Position numbers and translations under genes: made by a program. Shown in pieces: positions 43,293 to 52,788 of a stretch of DNA of 64,000 bases. Numbering within the stretch: position 1 is the first letter of the stretch; the number at the start of each line of letters is the position of its first letter. The notes under the pieces are model-generated. The model was not told the origin of the DNA, did not search any database, and was given only the letters and a program-made list of their open reading frames with translations. Source of the DNA: a bacterium (GTDB lineage: Bacteria; Desulfobacterota; DSWW01); assembly GCA_040756235.1 (NCBI GenBank), contig JBFLZG010000001.1:1-64000 (forward strand). The letters run 5' to 3'.

Positions 43293-45797
43293 ATGGCTAG
43301 GCCGGAAAAAGTGCAGCAGGAGATCGAAGAGCTGGAGGCGAACCAGGAGTGGTGGTGGGCGGCGGCAAAGAAGCGCTCCAAGAGGCTCGATTATTTGAGG
43401 AAGGCGGTCTGGAAGAAGGGTGCCATTGGCGGCGTCTACAACCCAGGGGTCAAGATCGATCTGGAGTCCGCGAGTCTCTTTACTGAGAAGATGTTTGATG
43501 ACGCAGTCAAGAATGACCAACGGATGCTGAGAAAGGCCAAGGCTCTGGCGCATGTGCTGGACAACATCAGCATCTTCATCACCGATCAGGCGCAGCTCGT
43601 GGGCTATGTTGGCAGCGCTCCTCACACCATGGTGTGGCGTATCGACGGGTTCAGCATGATCAACCAGGAGGTTTACAACGAGCCGGGGATCCATGAAGAG
43701 CCGGAAGAGGAATCACTGAAGAAGGCGGCGGAGCTCTGTGCGAAGTGGGCCGGGCAGGCCGCTCTCGATCAACTGGCCCGGGTGCTGGACCCGGAGGATA
43801 CGGTGAAGTTCATGAGCATTGGTTGGGGGGCCCCATCGTCCGGTGGCCCTTGCTACTCAGGCAAGGATTACGAGTACTTTCTGACCGGAAAAAGGGGTTT
43901 TGAAGGCATTATCAAAGAGATCGATGCTTACATGGCGGAGGCCGAAGAGAAGACCATCGGCACCCCGGGGCCTGAGATCCTTCCCTTGTACAAGAAGCTC
44001 CAGAACTGGGAAGCGATGAAGCTCGTCCTGGAGGCTTCCATCCGGTATGCCAGGCGGTATGCGCGGCTGGCGCGGATCGTGGCCGAGAATTTTGAGAGCA
44101 ACCCCAAGCGCAGGGAGGAGCTGCTTCGTGTAGCAGAGACGTGCGAGCGGGTGCCGGCCAAGCCGCCTCGAAACCTCCAGGAATCGCTTCAACTGGAGCA
44201 CTTTGTTCAGGTCATCGTCCGCTTCGAGGCCATGGAGGGGGCCTCGCCCTCCCGGCCGGACTACTACCACGGCCCGTACTATGACAAGGACGTGAATGTT
44301 GAAAAAAGGCTCACCAAGGAAGAAGCCCTGGACCTGATCGGCGAGTATTTGATCCGGAACTTCGAGATCGGGCTCTTTCTGCCGCGCTACGGACGGGAGG
44401 GACTGCAGGGGATCTCGGGCAACTGGGTGTGGACCCTTGGAGGGATGAAGCGGGACGGTTCGGACGCGTGCAACGACATGACCATCGCGCTCTTGCAGGC
44501 GGCCCGGCTGGTGCGGGTATCGGTCCCGACCTTCGGGTTTCGCTGGCATCCGAAGGTCAGGGATGAGGTGATGCGGGAGGTATTCGAATGCATCCGCCAC
44601 GGGCTGGGATACCCTTCCATCCGCAACGATACAGTGCTGATTCCCAACATGATGCACTGGCACGGGCATCCGCTGGAGGAGGCAAGGCTCTGGGTGCACC
44701 AGGCCTGCATGTCGCCGTGTCCCCCGACGAAACACGGGGCGCAGCCTTTCCGCATGGCGGCGGCAACGGCCAACTGTGCGAAGATCGTGGAGTACGCCCT
44801 GCACAACGGCTACGACAGAGTGTTCAATATGCAGATGGGCCCCAAGACCGGAGATGCGCGGGAGTTCACTGATTTCGAACAGCTCTTCCAGGCATGGGTG
44901 AAGCAGATGGAGTGGCTCTTCGATCTGCTGGTGCGGACGGTGAACCTCGGCCGCTACCTGGATCCGGAGATTTACGGCAGGCCCTTCCTCTCGGCGATCT
45001 CGGAGCGGTCTGTGGAGTCAGGAATCGACATCATCAGCCCTGAAGGGGAGCGAGGCAACGCCTGGATCACGGCATTCACCTGGGTGGAAAATACGGACAG
45101 CCTGGCTGCGGTGAAGAGGCTCGTGTTCGATGAAAAGAAATACACGATGGACCAGTTGATTCCCGCGCTGGAAGCCAACTGGGAAGGCTACGAGCAGATG
45201 CGCCTGGATTTTGTCAAGAACGCGCCCAAGTGGGGCAACGACGACGACTACGTGGACGACATCATGCTGCGCTGTCTGCGGGAATGTGCCCGCCATTCCA
45301 AAGAGATCAAATGCACGAGCGGGAACAACTGGCCGATCCTGCCGGAGAACGTGAGCGGCAACATCCACTTCGCCAACGTCGTGAGCGCTCTTCCCAACGG
45401 GCGCAGGCTCGGGGATGCTCTGTACGACGGCGGGATCTCGCCGGGGCCGGGACTCGACAAGAAAGGGCCCACAGCCGTGCTCAAATCCTGTGCCAAGATC
45501 GACCACGTAGCAGATGGCCGGGCCTTTCTTTTGAATCAGCGGCTCTCTCCGACGCAGCTTCAAGGCGAAAAAGGGTATCAGCTCTGGAAGGCCTACATCA
45601 AGACGTGGGCCGAGCTCGGGCTCGATCATGTCCAGTTCAACATGGTGTCGGACAAGACCCTGAAGGCCGCGCAGAAGGATCCGGAGAAGTACCAGGAAGT
45701 GATCGTACGGGTGGCGGGCTACAGCGCCCACTTTGTGGACATCAGCAGGAAGACGCAAGACAACATCATTCAGAGAACCGTTCAAGGGCTGGGCTGA
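43293..45797 (+). CDS. assA: Alkylsuccinate synthase alpha subunit, copy 3
   Basis: WVHQACMSPCP and RVAGYSAHF intact. Confidence 0.93.
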   Translation: MARPEKVQQEIEELEANQEWWWAAAKKRSKRLDYLRKAVWKKGAIGGVYNPGVKIDLESASLFTEKMFDDAVKNDQRMLRKAKALAHVLDNISIFITDQAQLVGYVGSAPHTMVWRIDGFSMINQEVYNEPGIHEEPEEESLKKAAELCAKWAGQAALDQLARVLDPEDTVKFMSIGWGAPSSGGPCYSGKDYEYFLTGKRGFEGIIKEIDAYMAEAEEKTIGTPGPEILPLYKKLQNWEAMKLVLEASIRYARRYARLARIVAENFESNPKRREELLRVAETCERVPAKPPRNLQESLQLEHFVQVIVRFEAMEGASPSRPDYYHGPYYDKDVNVEKRLTKEEALDLIGEYLIRNFEIGLFLPRYGREGLQGISGNWVWTLGGMKRDGSDACNDMTIALLQAARLVRVSVPTFGFRWHPKVRDEVMREVFECIRHGLGYPSIRNDTVLIPNMMHWHGHPLEEARLWVHQACMSPCPPTKHGAQPFRMAAATANCAKIVEYALHNGYDRVFNMQMGPKTGDAREFTDFEQLFQAWVKQMEWLFDLLVRTVNLGRYLDPEIYGRPFLSAISERSVESGIDIISPEGERGNAWITAFTWVENTDSLAAVKRLVFDEKKYTMDQLIPALEANWEGYEQMRLDFVKNAPKWGNDDDYVDDIMLRCLRECARHSKEIKCTSGNNWPILPENVSGNIHFANVVSALPNGRRLGDALYDGGISPGPGLDKKGPTAVLKSCAKIDHVADGRAFLLNQRLSPTQLQGEKGYQLWKAYIKTWAELGLDHVQFNMVSDKTLKAAQKDPEKYQEVIVRVAGYSAHFVDISRKTQDNIIQRTVQGLG

Positions 45798-45882
45798 GGG
45801 CGTCACACACAGGAGCGAGGGGGAGGCCTCTGAAGAGAGCTCTCTGCTTGCTCCTGCATTGTTTGGAACTCCGGAGGGAATC

Positions 45883-46104
45883 ATGAAGTGTAAAGCATGC
45901 GATTACGAAGCACCCGTGGGAAAGTTCCGGTACTTGTACAATGCCAGGATCGATGCTTCCATCAGCCTGCGGCAGTGCCCGCAGTGTCAGGAGTGGCTTG
46001 CTGTCGACGAGCTTACAGGGGAGACGAAGCAAAAGGTGGGGCCAGGAGAAGCTCCATGGGGCAAGTCGGCAGGCATCGAGAATCTTGCGCAAGATGCAGA
46101 GTGA
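45883..46104 (+). CDS. masE: MasE-like subunit, copy 2 (73 aa)
   Basis: MKCKACDYEAPVGKFRYLYNARIDASISLRQCPQC...PWGKSAGIENLA. Confidence 0.82.
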   Translation: MKCKACDYEAPVGKFRYLYNARIDASISLRQCPQCQEWLAVDELTGETKQKVGPGEAPWGKSAGIENLAQDAE

Positions 46105-46126
46105 GCTCGTTTCAGAGGGGTCTAAT

Positions 46127-46465
46127 ATGGATCTTACGTGCCGCAAATGCGGCTTCACAGGAGATCACGGCGAGTTCCGGTACCTCTGCAGGAACTGCTG
46201 ACCGGCAACCGGAGAGTCTGATCTCCGGCAGTGCCCCAGGTATGGGGCCGAATGCGTGTTCTCCCGTACCGAGTCCCTGGAGCAGGAACCTGAGCAGATG
46301 AAGGTGCTCTCCAAGAGGCTGGCGGCGATCCCCAAGACGTCAGAACCAAGTCTGTTGGAAGAAGCGAAACGGCTCATAGCGGAGCCGTATGACATGAACA
46401 TGCGGTGGAACATCCCTGAGCTCACACGATTCCTGCTGCGCCGGCAGAGGGAGCTGTCTTTGTGA
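46127..46465 (+). CDS. Putative selenoprotein, MasE paralog, copy 2 (112 aa, UGA at codon 25)
   Basis: MDLTCRKCGFTGDHGEFRYLCRNC-TGA(46199-46201)-PATGESDLRQCPRYGAECVFSR...RRQRELSL; same length and TGA position as copy 1. Confidence 0.75.
46209..46228 (+). promoter_or_regulatory. Putative bacterial SECIS stem-loop, copy 2
   Basis: CCGGAGA-GTCTGA-TCTCCGG; same offset from the TGA, only one loop base differs from copy 1. Confidence 0.65.
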
Positions 46466-46716
46466 CAGCGAGCGCCGGCTGAGGAGCGAGTCAGCGCTTC
46501 TCGCCCGTCAGGCCGGAATTCCACTCGCCACCCGATCCCAAGATGCCTATTCATGCGCTCGTGCGGGCAGAGAAGTGGACTGGTGCTCCCTGAGTTCTGG
46601 TTGTCGAAGGGGAATCACGTAGCGAGCGGGCGAAGTCGGAGCTAGACGCAAAGGCCTCCCGGCGGCTGCAGCCCGCCGGTGGAAGGCTCGTGCAAGGCAT
46701 GAAGGAACTGGGTGTC

Positions 46717-48333
46717 ATGGTCGTACAGTGGGACATCGGGTACATCGTGCGCAAGCGGGCGGATCTGTCGCGAGACAGGACCGCCGTCATTTACGAGGAC
46801 CGTCCGGTCACCTACAGGGAGCTGAACGAAGGCGTGAACCGCGCAGCTCATTTCCTGCAGGCCAAGGGGATTCGCAAGGGGGATCGCGTAGCGCTGGTCC
46901 TGCTCAACTGCGTTGAATTCCTGGAGATCTACTTCGCCTGTGCCAAGCTCGGGGCGCTCCTGGTGCCGCTCAACTGGCGGCTGGTCGGCCCGGAGCTGGA
47001 GTACCAGCTCAACGATTGCGGCACGCGCATGCTCGTGTTTCACGACGCCTTTGTGAAGAACATCGAGCCGATTCGCAGGCGCGTGAAGGTGGAGCCGGAC
47101 AAGCTCATCTTCCTGAGCAGCGCGCACGCAGACAGCGGCAACCCGCAGGGCCCTGCCTGTCCGCAGTGGGCGGAAGACTACCGTGTTCTGACCAAAGGGC
47201 AGCCCGTGCTGGAACCGACACCGGATGATCCTGTCTGCTTCGACGACCCTCTGGCCATCATCTATACCTCCGGTACGACCGGCAATCCGAAGGGCGCTGT
47301 TCTCACGCACGAGCAGACCTTCTTCAAGAATTTCCAGATCGCTTTCTACACCGAGGCCCGGCCGGATGACGTGTACGTCGCGCAACTGCCTCTGTTTCAC
47401 TCCGGAGGGCTGTTCGCCGTGGTCACGCCCGCACTGTGCGCCGGGATGACGCTCGTCATGCGCAAAGGCTTCGATCCGGATCTCTTCGCAGAGGATATTC
47501 AGCGCTACAGGGCCACCATCGTATTGGCGTTGACCACCATGTGGCGCATGATCCTGGACACGGGGAAGCTGGACAAAGTGGACGTGAGCTCCGTGCGGTG
47601 CGTGCTGGGAGGGGGGGAGAGGACGCCGCCGAGCTTGTTCGAGGAGCTGGCGGAAAGAGGGCTCTACATGCAACAGGGGTTCGGCCAGACCGAGAACTCG
47701 GCCATGATGGCGCTGCCCAAGGAAGACATCCAGCGCAAGATGGGCTCCGTGGGTAAGCCCGGGTTCTTCACCGACATCTGGATCGCCGGCCCGAACGGCG
47801 AAAGGCTCCCTCCGGGCGAGATCGGAGAGATCGTTGCGAAGGGGCCCACCGTGATGAGCGGCTATTGGAACCTCCCCGAAACCACGGCCAGGACGATCGT
47901 AGACAGCGTGCTCAGGACCGGGGACCTGGGAACCATGGACGAGGAAGGCTACTTCTACATCGTGGACCGGGCCAAGGATATGTACAGGAGCGGGGGAGAA
48001 AACGTCTACCCGGCCGAGGTGGAAAAGATCCTGGCCGGCCATCCGAAGATCTCGAACGTGGCCATCATAGGCGTTCCGGACGAAAGATGGGGGGAGGTGG
48101 GAATGGCCTTTGTCGTGCCTGCCGCGGGGATGACCGTAACGAAGGAAGAGATTTACGGCTATCTCGAAGGCAAGCTAGCGAAGTTCAAATATCCCAAGCA
48201 CGTCGAGCTCATGGAGGCCCTGCCTCTGACTCCGACCATGAAGGTGAAGAAGGCCGAGCTCAAGGAGGAATACGCAAAAGGACTGCTCGGGAGCACACAA
48301 CGAGCGGGCGTACGGACGGCCCGAGTCCCCTGA
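46717..48333 (+). CDS. Long-chain acyl-CoA synthetase, copy 2
   Basis: Close paralog of 11545..13161; YTSGTTGNPKG. Confidence 0.92.
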   Translation: MVVQWDIGYIVRKRADLSRDRTAVIYEDRPVTYRELNEGVNRAAHFLQAKGIRKGDRVALVLLNCVEFLEIYFACAKLGALLVPLNWRLVGPELEYQLNDCGTRMLVFHDAFVKNIEPIRRRVKVEPDKLIFLSSAHADSGNPQGPACPQWAEDYRVLTKGQPVLEPTPDDPVCFDDPLAIIYTSGTTGNPKGAVLTHEQTFFKNFQIAFYTEARPDDVYVAQLPLFHSGGLFAVVTPALCAGMTLVMRKGFDPDLFAEDIQRYRATIVLALTTMWRMILDTGKLDKVDVSSVRCVLGGGERTPPSLFEELAERGLYMQQGFGQTENSAMMALPKEDIQRKMGSVGKPGFFTDIWIAGPNGERLPPGEIGEIVAKGPTVMSGYWNLPETTARTIVDSVLRTGDLGTMDEEGYFYIVDRAKDMYRSGGENVYPAEVEKILAGHPKISNVAIIGVPDERWGEVGMAFVVPAAGMTVTKEEIYGYLEGKLAKFKYPKHVELMEALPLTPTMKVKKAELKEEYAKGLLGSTQRAGVRTARVP

Positions 48334-48360
48334 ATCAGACGAGAGCCCGGAGGATGGAAC

Positions 48361-49935
48361 ATGGATCCGTTCCTGCAAAAAAGGCTGAAGGAGCTGGAAG
48401 AGGTCCGCGACAAGGTGCTTAGGGGTACCCCTGCGAAGGAGACCGCGGAACAGCTTGTCGAGGGAAGGCTCGCGGCCCGGGAGCGGGTCGAGACGCTTTT
48501 GGACCCGGGAAGCCTCATGGAGAGCAGCATGCTCGCCGGCCACGCCCTGGACTTGCCCAGCGACGGGATCATCTGCGGCAGCGGCACCGTGGAGGGCCGG
48601 CCCGTGTTTGTCTATTCCCAGGACCGGACGGTGCGCGGAGGCTCGATCGGGATCGATAATGGTTACAAGATGTACCGTACCATCGAGCGTGCTCTGCAGA
48701 TGCGGGTTCCCCTGATCGGGCTGAACGATTCCTCCGGGGGGAGGGTGCCGGACGCCAGTGATCTGGACTGGTACAAGATCAAGAAGCGCACTTATTTTTC
48801 AAACGCCTTCGACAAGCACGGTGGCTCCGTCTTCTTTCCGAATACGCTCGCTTCCGGAATCGTCCCCCAGATCTCCGCCATCCTGGGCACCTGCTGCGGA
48901 ATCGCCGTCTATTCGCCCGCTCTGACGGACTTCATCTTCATGGTGGACAATACCAGCCACATGTTCATCACCGGGCCGCGCGTGGTGAAGATGGTGACGG
49001 GTGAGGAGGTCACCATGGAGGACCTGGGTGGTAGCCGGGTCCATGCGGAGAAGAGCGGGGTTTGCGATTTCCGGTGCGCCGATGAGAGAGAGTGCCTGAG
49101 CGAGATCCGCAGGCTCCTGAGCTTTCTGCCCTTGAATTGTGACGAAAAGCCGCCGGTGCGCGACATGGGCGACGACCCGGACAGATCGTGTGACGAGCTG
49201 AACAGCATGGTGCCGACCGCGCCCAATATCCCCTTCGACGTGCGTCAAGTCATCCGCGTGCTCCTAGACAAGGGCGATTTCCTGGAGGTGAAAAAGGAAT
49301 TCGCCGGTGAAGTGATCGTCGGCCTCGGCCGTCTGAACGGAAAGACGGTCGGGATCGTGGCCAACCAGCCGATGGTGATGGCCGGAGCGCTTACGGTCGA
49401 CAGCTCGGACAAGCAGGCCAGGTTTATCCGGTTCTGCGACTGCTTCAACATTCCCCTGGTGTTGCTCGTGGACACGCCGGCTTACATGCCGGGTTCGGGC
49501 CAGGAGCACACGGGAATCATCCGCCATGGAGCCAAGGTCCTCTACGCGCTCTGCGAGGCCACGGTGCCGCGCGTCGTGGTCGTGCTGCGGAAGGCCTATG
49601 GGGGGGGCAACCTGGGAATGGGGGTCCTCCCGGGATTGGGCACGGACCTCGTGCTCTACTGGCCGATCATGGAAACGGGCGTGCTCGGCGCCAAGCAGTC
49701 GGTCATGCTCCTCTACGGTGGAGGGAAGGGAGTCACCAAGGAGTATCTCGAGGCCAAGCTCGAGGAATATCGCGAGACCTATGCCAATCCGATCTACGAG
49801 GTCTCTTCCAATGTGAACGTGGAAGACGTGATCACTCCGGCAGAAACGAGAAGGTACCTGATCCGAGCACTCCAGAGACTGGAGGGGAAGAGGGACGTGA
49901 GACCTGGCAAAAGGCACGGAAACATCCCGTTGTGA
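48361..49935 (+). CDS. Acyl-CoA carboxyltransferase subunit, copy 2
   Basis: Close paralog of 28684..30240. Confidence 0.92.
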   Translation: MDPFLQKRLKELEEVRDKVLRGTPAKETAEQLVEGRLAARERVETLLDPGSLMESSMLAGHALDLPSDGIICGSGTVEGRPVFVYSQDRTVRGGSIGIDNGYKMYRTIERALQMRVPLIGLNDSSGGRVPDASDLDWYKIKKRTYFSNAFDKHGGSVFFPNTLASGIVPQISAILGTCCGIAVYSPALTDFIFMVDNTSHMFITGPRVVKMVTGEEVTMEDLGGSRVHAEKSGVCDFRCADERECLSEIRRLLSFLPLNCDEKPPVRDMGDDPDRSCDELNSMVPTAPNIPFDVRQVIRVLLDKGDFLEVKKEFAGEVIVGLGRLNGKTVGIVANQPMVMAGALTVDSSDKQARFIRFCDCFNIPLVLLVDTPAYMPGSGQEHTGIIRHGAKVLYALCEATVPRVVVVLRKAYGGGNLGMGVLPGLGTDLVLYWPIMETGVLGAKQSVMLLYGGGKGVTKEYLEAKLEEYRETYANPIYEVSSNVNVEDVITPAETRRYLIRALQRLEGKRDVRPGKRHGNIPL

Positions 49936-50102
49936 CGCGGAGCTGTGCCTTGTCCGGTTGCCGGGGGATGAATCCGGTCCTCCGACTGTCCCGGGGCAGG
50001 CGACGGGATGCAGGGTCTGGATCCCGGCTCGCGGTCGCCCCGGCGGCCTTGGCCGGGATGAATAGGGCCGAAGAGGAGCGCCGGTGGCCTCGGCAGGGAC
50101 GA

Positions 50103-51023
50103 TCAGGCTTCCTGAGCGGCACGGCGACCGGCTCCGGCCGTCTGCCATCCCAGTCCGAAGATCCCCTTGCGCTTGCCAAGGCCCTCCCGGACCATGTCCT
50201 CCACCCGCTGCCGCACCCTTTCCACCAGCATGCGGACGACTTCCGGGTCTTTGACCGTCTCGGGGGGGTAGTCCCTGTAGAAGTGGAACGGCTCGCCGTA
50301 TTCGATGTGGTACTTCGTCGGCAGGGGGATGGCTCCCAGGAGGCCGGTCCATGGGAACAGGGGGGTGATCGGGAAGTAGGGAAAATCCAGCATCCGGGCC
50401 AGGGGCTTGACGTTGTAGAGCATCTGATACTGCTCCTCGCCCCCGATCACGCAGGCCGGTATGACCGGCACCCTGTGAAGAAGGCTCAGCTCCATGAAGC
50501 CGACGTTGAAGGCCCTGAGCCGGTAGCGCTCGCGGAACGGCTTCCCGGTCCCCCGGGCGCCCTCGGGAAACAGGCAGACGAGCTCGCCCTTCTTCAACAG
50601 CTCCTCCACGTTGTCGCGGGCGCCGACGACCTCGCCGCATCGGTACAGGGCCGTGTTGATGAAGGGGAGAAAGCCGAAGAAGTGATCGGCCACGGCGCGT
50701 ATGATGCGGGGCTCCTCCATGTTCTTCGCCAGGTCCGCCGCGATCATGAGCCCGTCGAGCGGCAGGACGCCGCTGTGGTTCGGCGTGATCAGGCCCGGCC
50801 CCTCCGCAGGTACGTGTTCCACCCCCGTGCTCTCCACGCGGAACCAGTAGTTGTACAGGAACCGGGCGAGGAGGTACCCCAGCATGGCGGACTCTATTTC
50901 CAGCCCGAAGGGATCATACCCCAGGCCCAGGTCGTGGATCTTGAGCCGCCCGATCCTCTCGGCCTCGCCGGGAGCGAGCTTTTCGAGGAGCCACCGGACG
51001 CGCTTGCGGTTCTTCTGGTTCAT
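50103..51023 (-). CDS. Lysophospholipid acyltransferase (PlsC/LPLAT) family protein
   Basis: NHSGVLPLD and LFPEG motifs, PVIP. Confidence 0.85.
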   Translation of the reverse strand: MNQKNRKRVRWLLEKLAPGEAERIGRLKIHDLGLGYDPFGLEIESAMLGYLLARFLYNYWFRVESTGVEHVPAEGPGLITPNHSGVLPLDGLMIAADLAKNMEEPRIIRAVADHFFGFLPFINTALYRCGEVVGARDNVEELLKKGELVCLFPEGARGTGKPFRERYRLRAFNVGFMELSLLHRVPVIPACVIGGEEQYQMLYNVKPLARMLDFPYFPITPLFPWTGLLGAIPLPTKYHIEYGEPFHFYRDYPPETVKDPEVVRMLVERVRQRVEDMVREGLGKRKGIFGLGWQTAGAGRRAAQEA

Positions 51024-51115
51024 GAGCTCGGCTGCCCCCCTGGCTCGATTTCGCCTCGCGCCTTGCGGGTCCCGCCCGGCCGCATCCTACCGGCCCTGGG
51101 AAGAGAATCCAAAAT

Positions 51116-51326
51116 CAGGCCGCTCAAAAAGGTCCAGATGCAAGGCGCGCCAGGTTTGAGGCCTGCGGGAGCGACGAGGAAACCCGCGGCCGGAGCTGTC
51201 TGCCGCATGGGTGCAGGGAGGTTGCTTCGCAAGGCTCGCAATCTTCGACTTCGCAGAGCCCCGCAATCTCCGACGAGGCTGCACCCGCAACGGGCTCGGC
51301 AGACAGGCTTTCCTTCGACTGGCCTG
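51116..51326 (-). mobile_element. MITE-like element, family A, divergent copy 4
   Basis: CAGGCC...GGCCTG termini, CCAGATGCAAGGCGC core and GAGCGACGAGGAAACCC shared with copy 1; abuts the gap TAG stop. Confidence 0.55.
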
Positions 51327-52574
51327 CTACAGGAAGCCGTGCATGTACACGCACAGGTCCGCCAGGCGGTTCGTATAACTCCCGTACTCGTTGTCGTACC
51401 AGCCGAAGATCTTGGCATGGGTCACCGGAACCTTCAAGAGGGTTTCCGGCAGCAACGCCAGCGCGTCGGCCGGAAGCCCCGGCACCTCGCGCAGATCCAC
51501 GGTGATGAAGCCCGTCCTGGTGTGGGTCTCGCACCCCTCGATGATGACGGCCGCCGGGTCTCCCACGAGATCCGAGGAGACGTTCTGTTCCAGGGTGAAG
51601 CGGAGCAGCCCTTCCTGCTTGCCGTCTGCGGCCTCCTGGTAGAGGTCGTTGATGACCTGGGCGGAAATGGAGCCCCTGCCGTCCGGCTGCAGCCTGGACT
51701 GGAAGGTCACGTTCAGGATGATGAGCGATTCGGTCGGGATCGGCACGCGCACCGAGTCGGCCATGAAGCCGATCTCCCGGACCTCCGGGATCACGGCCTC
51801 CAGGGCGGCGGCGGCGCCGGTGGAGGTCAGGATGATGTTGTTCAGAATGCTTCGCTTCTTCCTCAGGTCCGAGTCCCCTGCCTTCGGTACGGAGTCGAGC
51901 ACGCTCTGCGTGTTGGTGACGGCGTGCACCGTGGACATGGAGGCGGTCATGATCGCCTTGGACTGAAAGTGCTCGACCAGCGGCAGGATCATGTGCGCCA
52001 GGGCCGTGGTCGTACAGGAAGCGGCGGACGCGATGAGGTGCTTCCTGGGGTCGAACTGCCTGTGGTTGATGCCGTAGATGAAGGTCGCCGCGTCCTCCGG
52101 CATCTTGCGCGACTTGTCCTTGACCTTGAAGGGCGCCGAGCCCACGACCTTGCGCGCCCCTCCCTGGAGGTGTCCTCGGATCGAGCCCTTGGGATGGTCC
52201 GGCGGCAGCGTGGGGTCGTTGAAGCTGCCGGTGCAGTCGGCGACCAGCTCCACCCCATGGTCCCGCCAGGGAATGTCCTTGGGGTTCCGCTGCTCTCTGA
52301 GCACCGTGACCGGGATCCCGTCGATGCGGAGCCGGCCCTGCCTTTCGTCCTGGATCTCGATCGCTCTCTGCCCCCGGTACCCGTACAGAAATCGATGGAG
52401 AGGCCCGTAGGTGGAGTCCTTCTCGATCGCCTGGGCGAGGGCGGACAGATCCTTGCCCACGGCCCGGCCCTGGTTCACCACGATCCGGTCGAAGTACTTG
52501 CGGCCCACGTGGTGCCACAGCGTGAGCTTGCCGATGCGGCCGAGCCCGTTGATGCCCAGTATCTTCTCTTTCAT
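51327..52574 (-). CDS. gap: Glyceraldehyde-3-phosphate dehydrogenase family protein (long form, 415 aa)
   Basis: GINGLGRIG, ASCTTTALA (catalytic Cys), STVHAVT, STGAA, WYDNE. Confidence 0.85.
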   Translation of the reverse strand: MKEKILGINGLGRIGKLTLWHHVGRKYFDRIVVNQGRAVGKDLSALAQAIEKDSTYGPLHRFLYGYRGQRAIEIQDERQGRLRIDGIPVTVLREQRNPKDIPWRDHGVELVADCTGSFNDPTLPPDHPKGSIRGHLQGGARKVVGSAPFKVKDKSRKMPEDAATFIYGINHRQFDPRKHLIASAASCTTTALAHMILPLVEHFQSKAIMTASMSTVHAVTNTQSVLDSVPKAGDSDLRKKRSILNNIILTSTGAAAALEAVIPEVREIGFMADSVRVPIPTESLIILNVTFQSRLQPDGRGSISAQVINDLYQEAADGKQEGLLRFTLEQNVSSDLVGDPAAVIIEGCETHTRTGFITVDLREVPGLPADALALLPETLLKVPVTHAKIFGWYDNEYGSYTNRLADLCVYMHGFL

Positions 52575-52788
52575 GGAAGGGCCTCCCTTAGATGGGCACT
52601 GCTTCTCACAAATAGGGCTACGTATTCTGTGGTGTCGCGTTCCCGGCCGCGACGTGGCGCTGTGGCAGCAAGTGGCGGAGATTGCGAGGCCCGCAGGGCC
52701 GTGGCAACCTCCCGGTCAAGACCAACGCCTCCGGCTTTGTCCACCCTACCGAGTGCTCACGCCACTCGCTCGCGAAATTCACCTCTCT

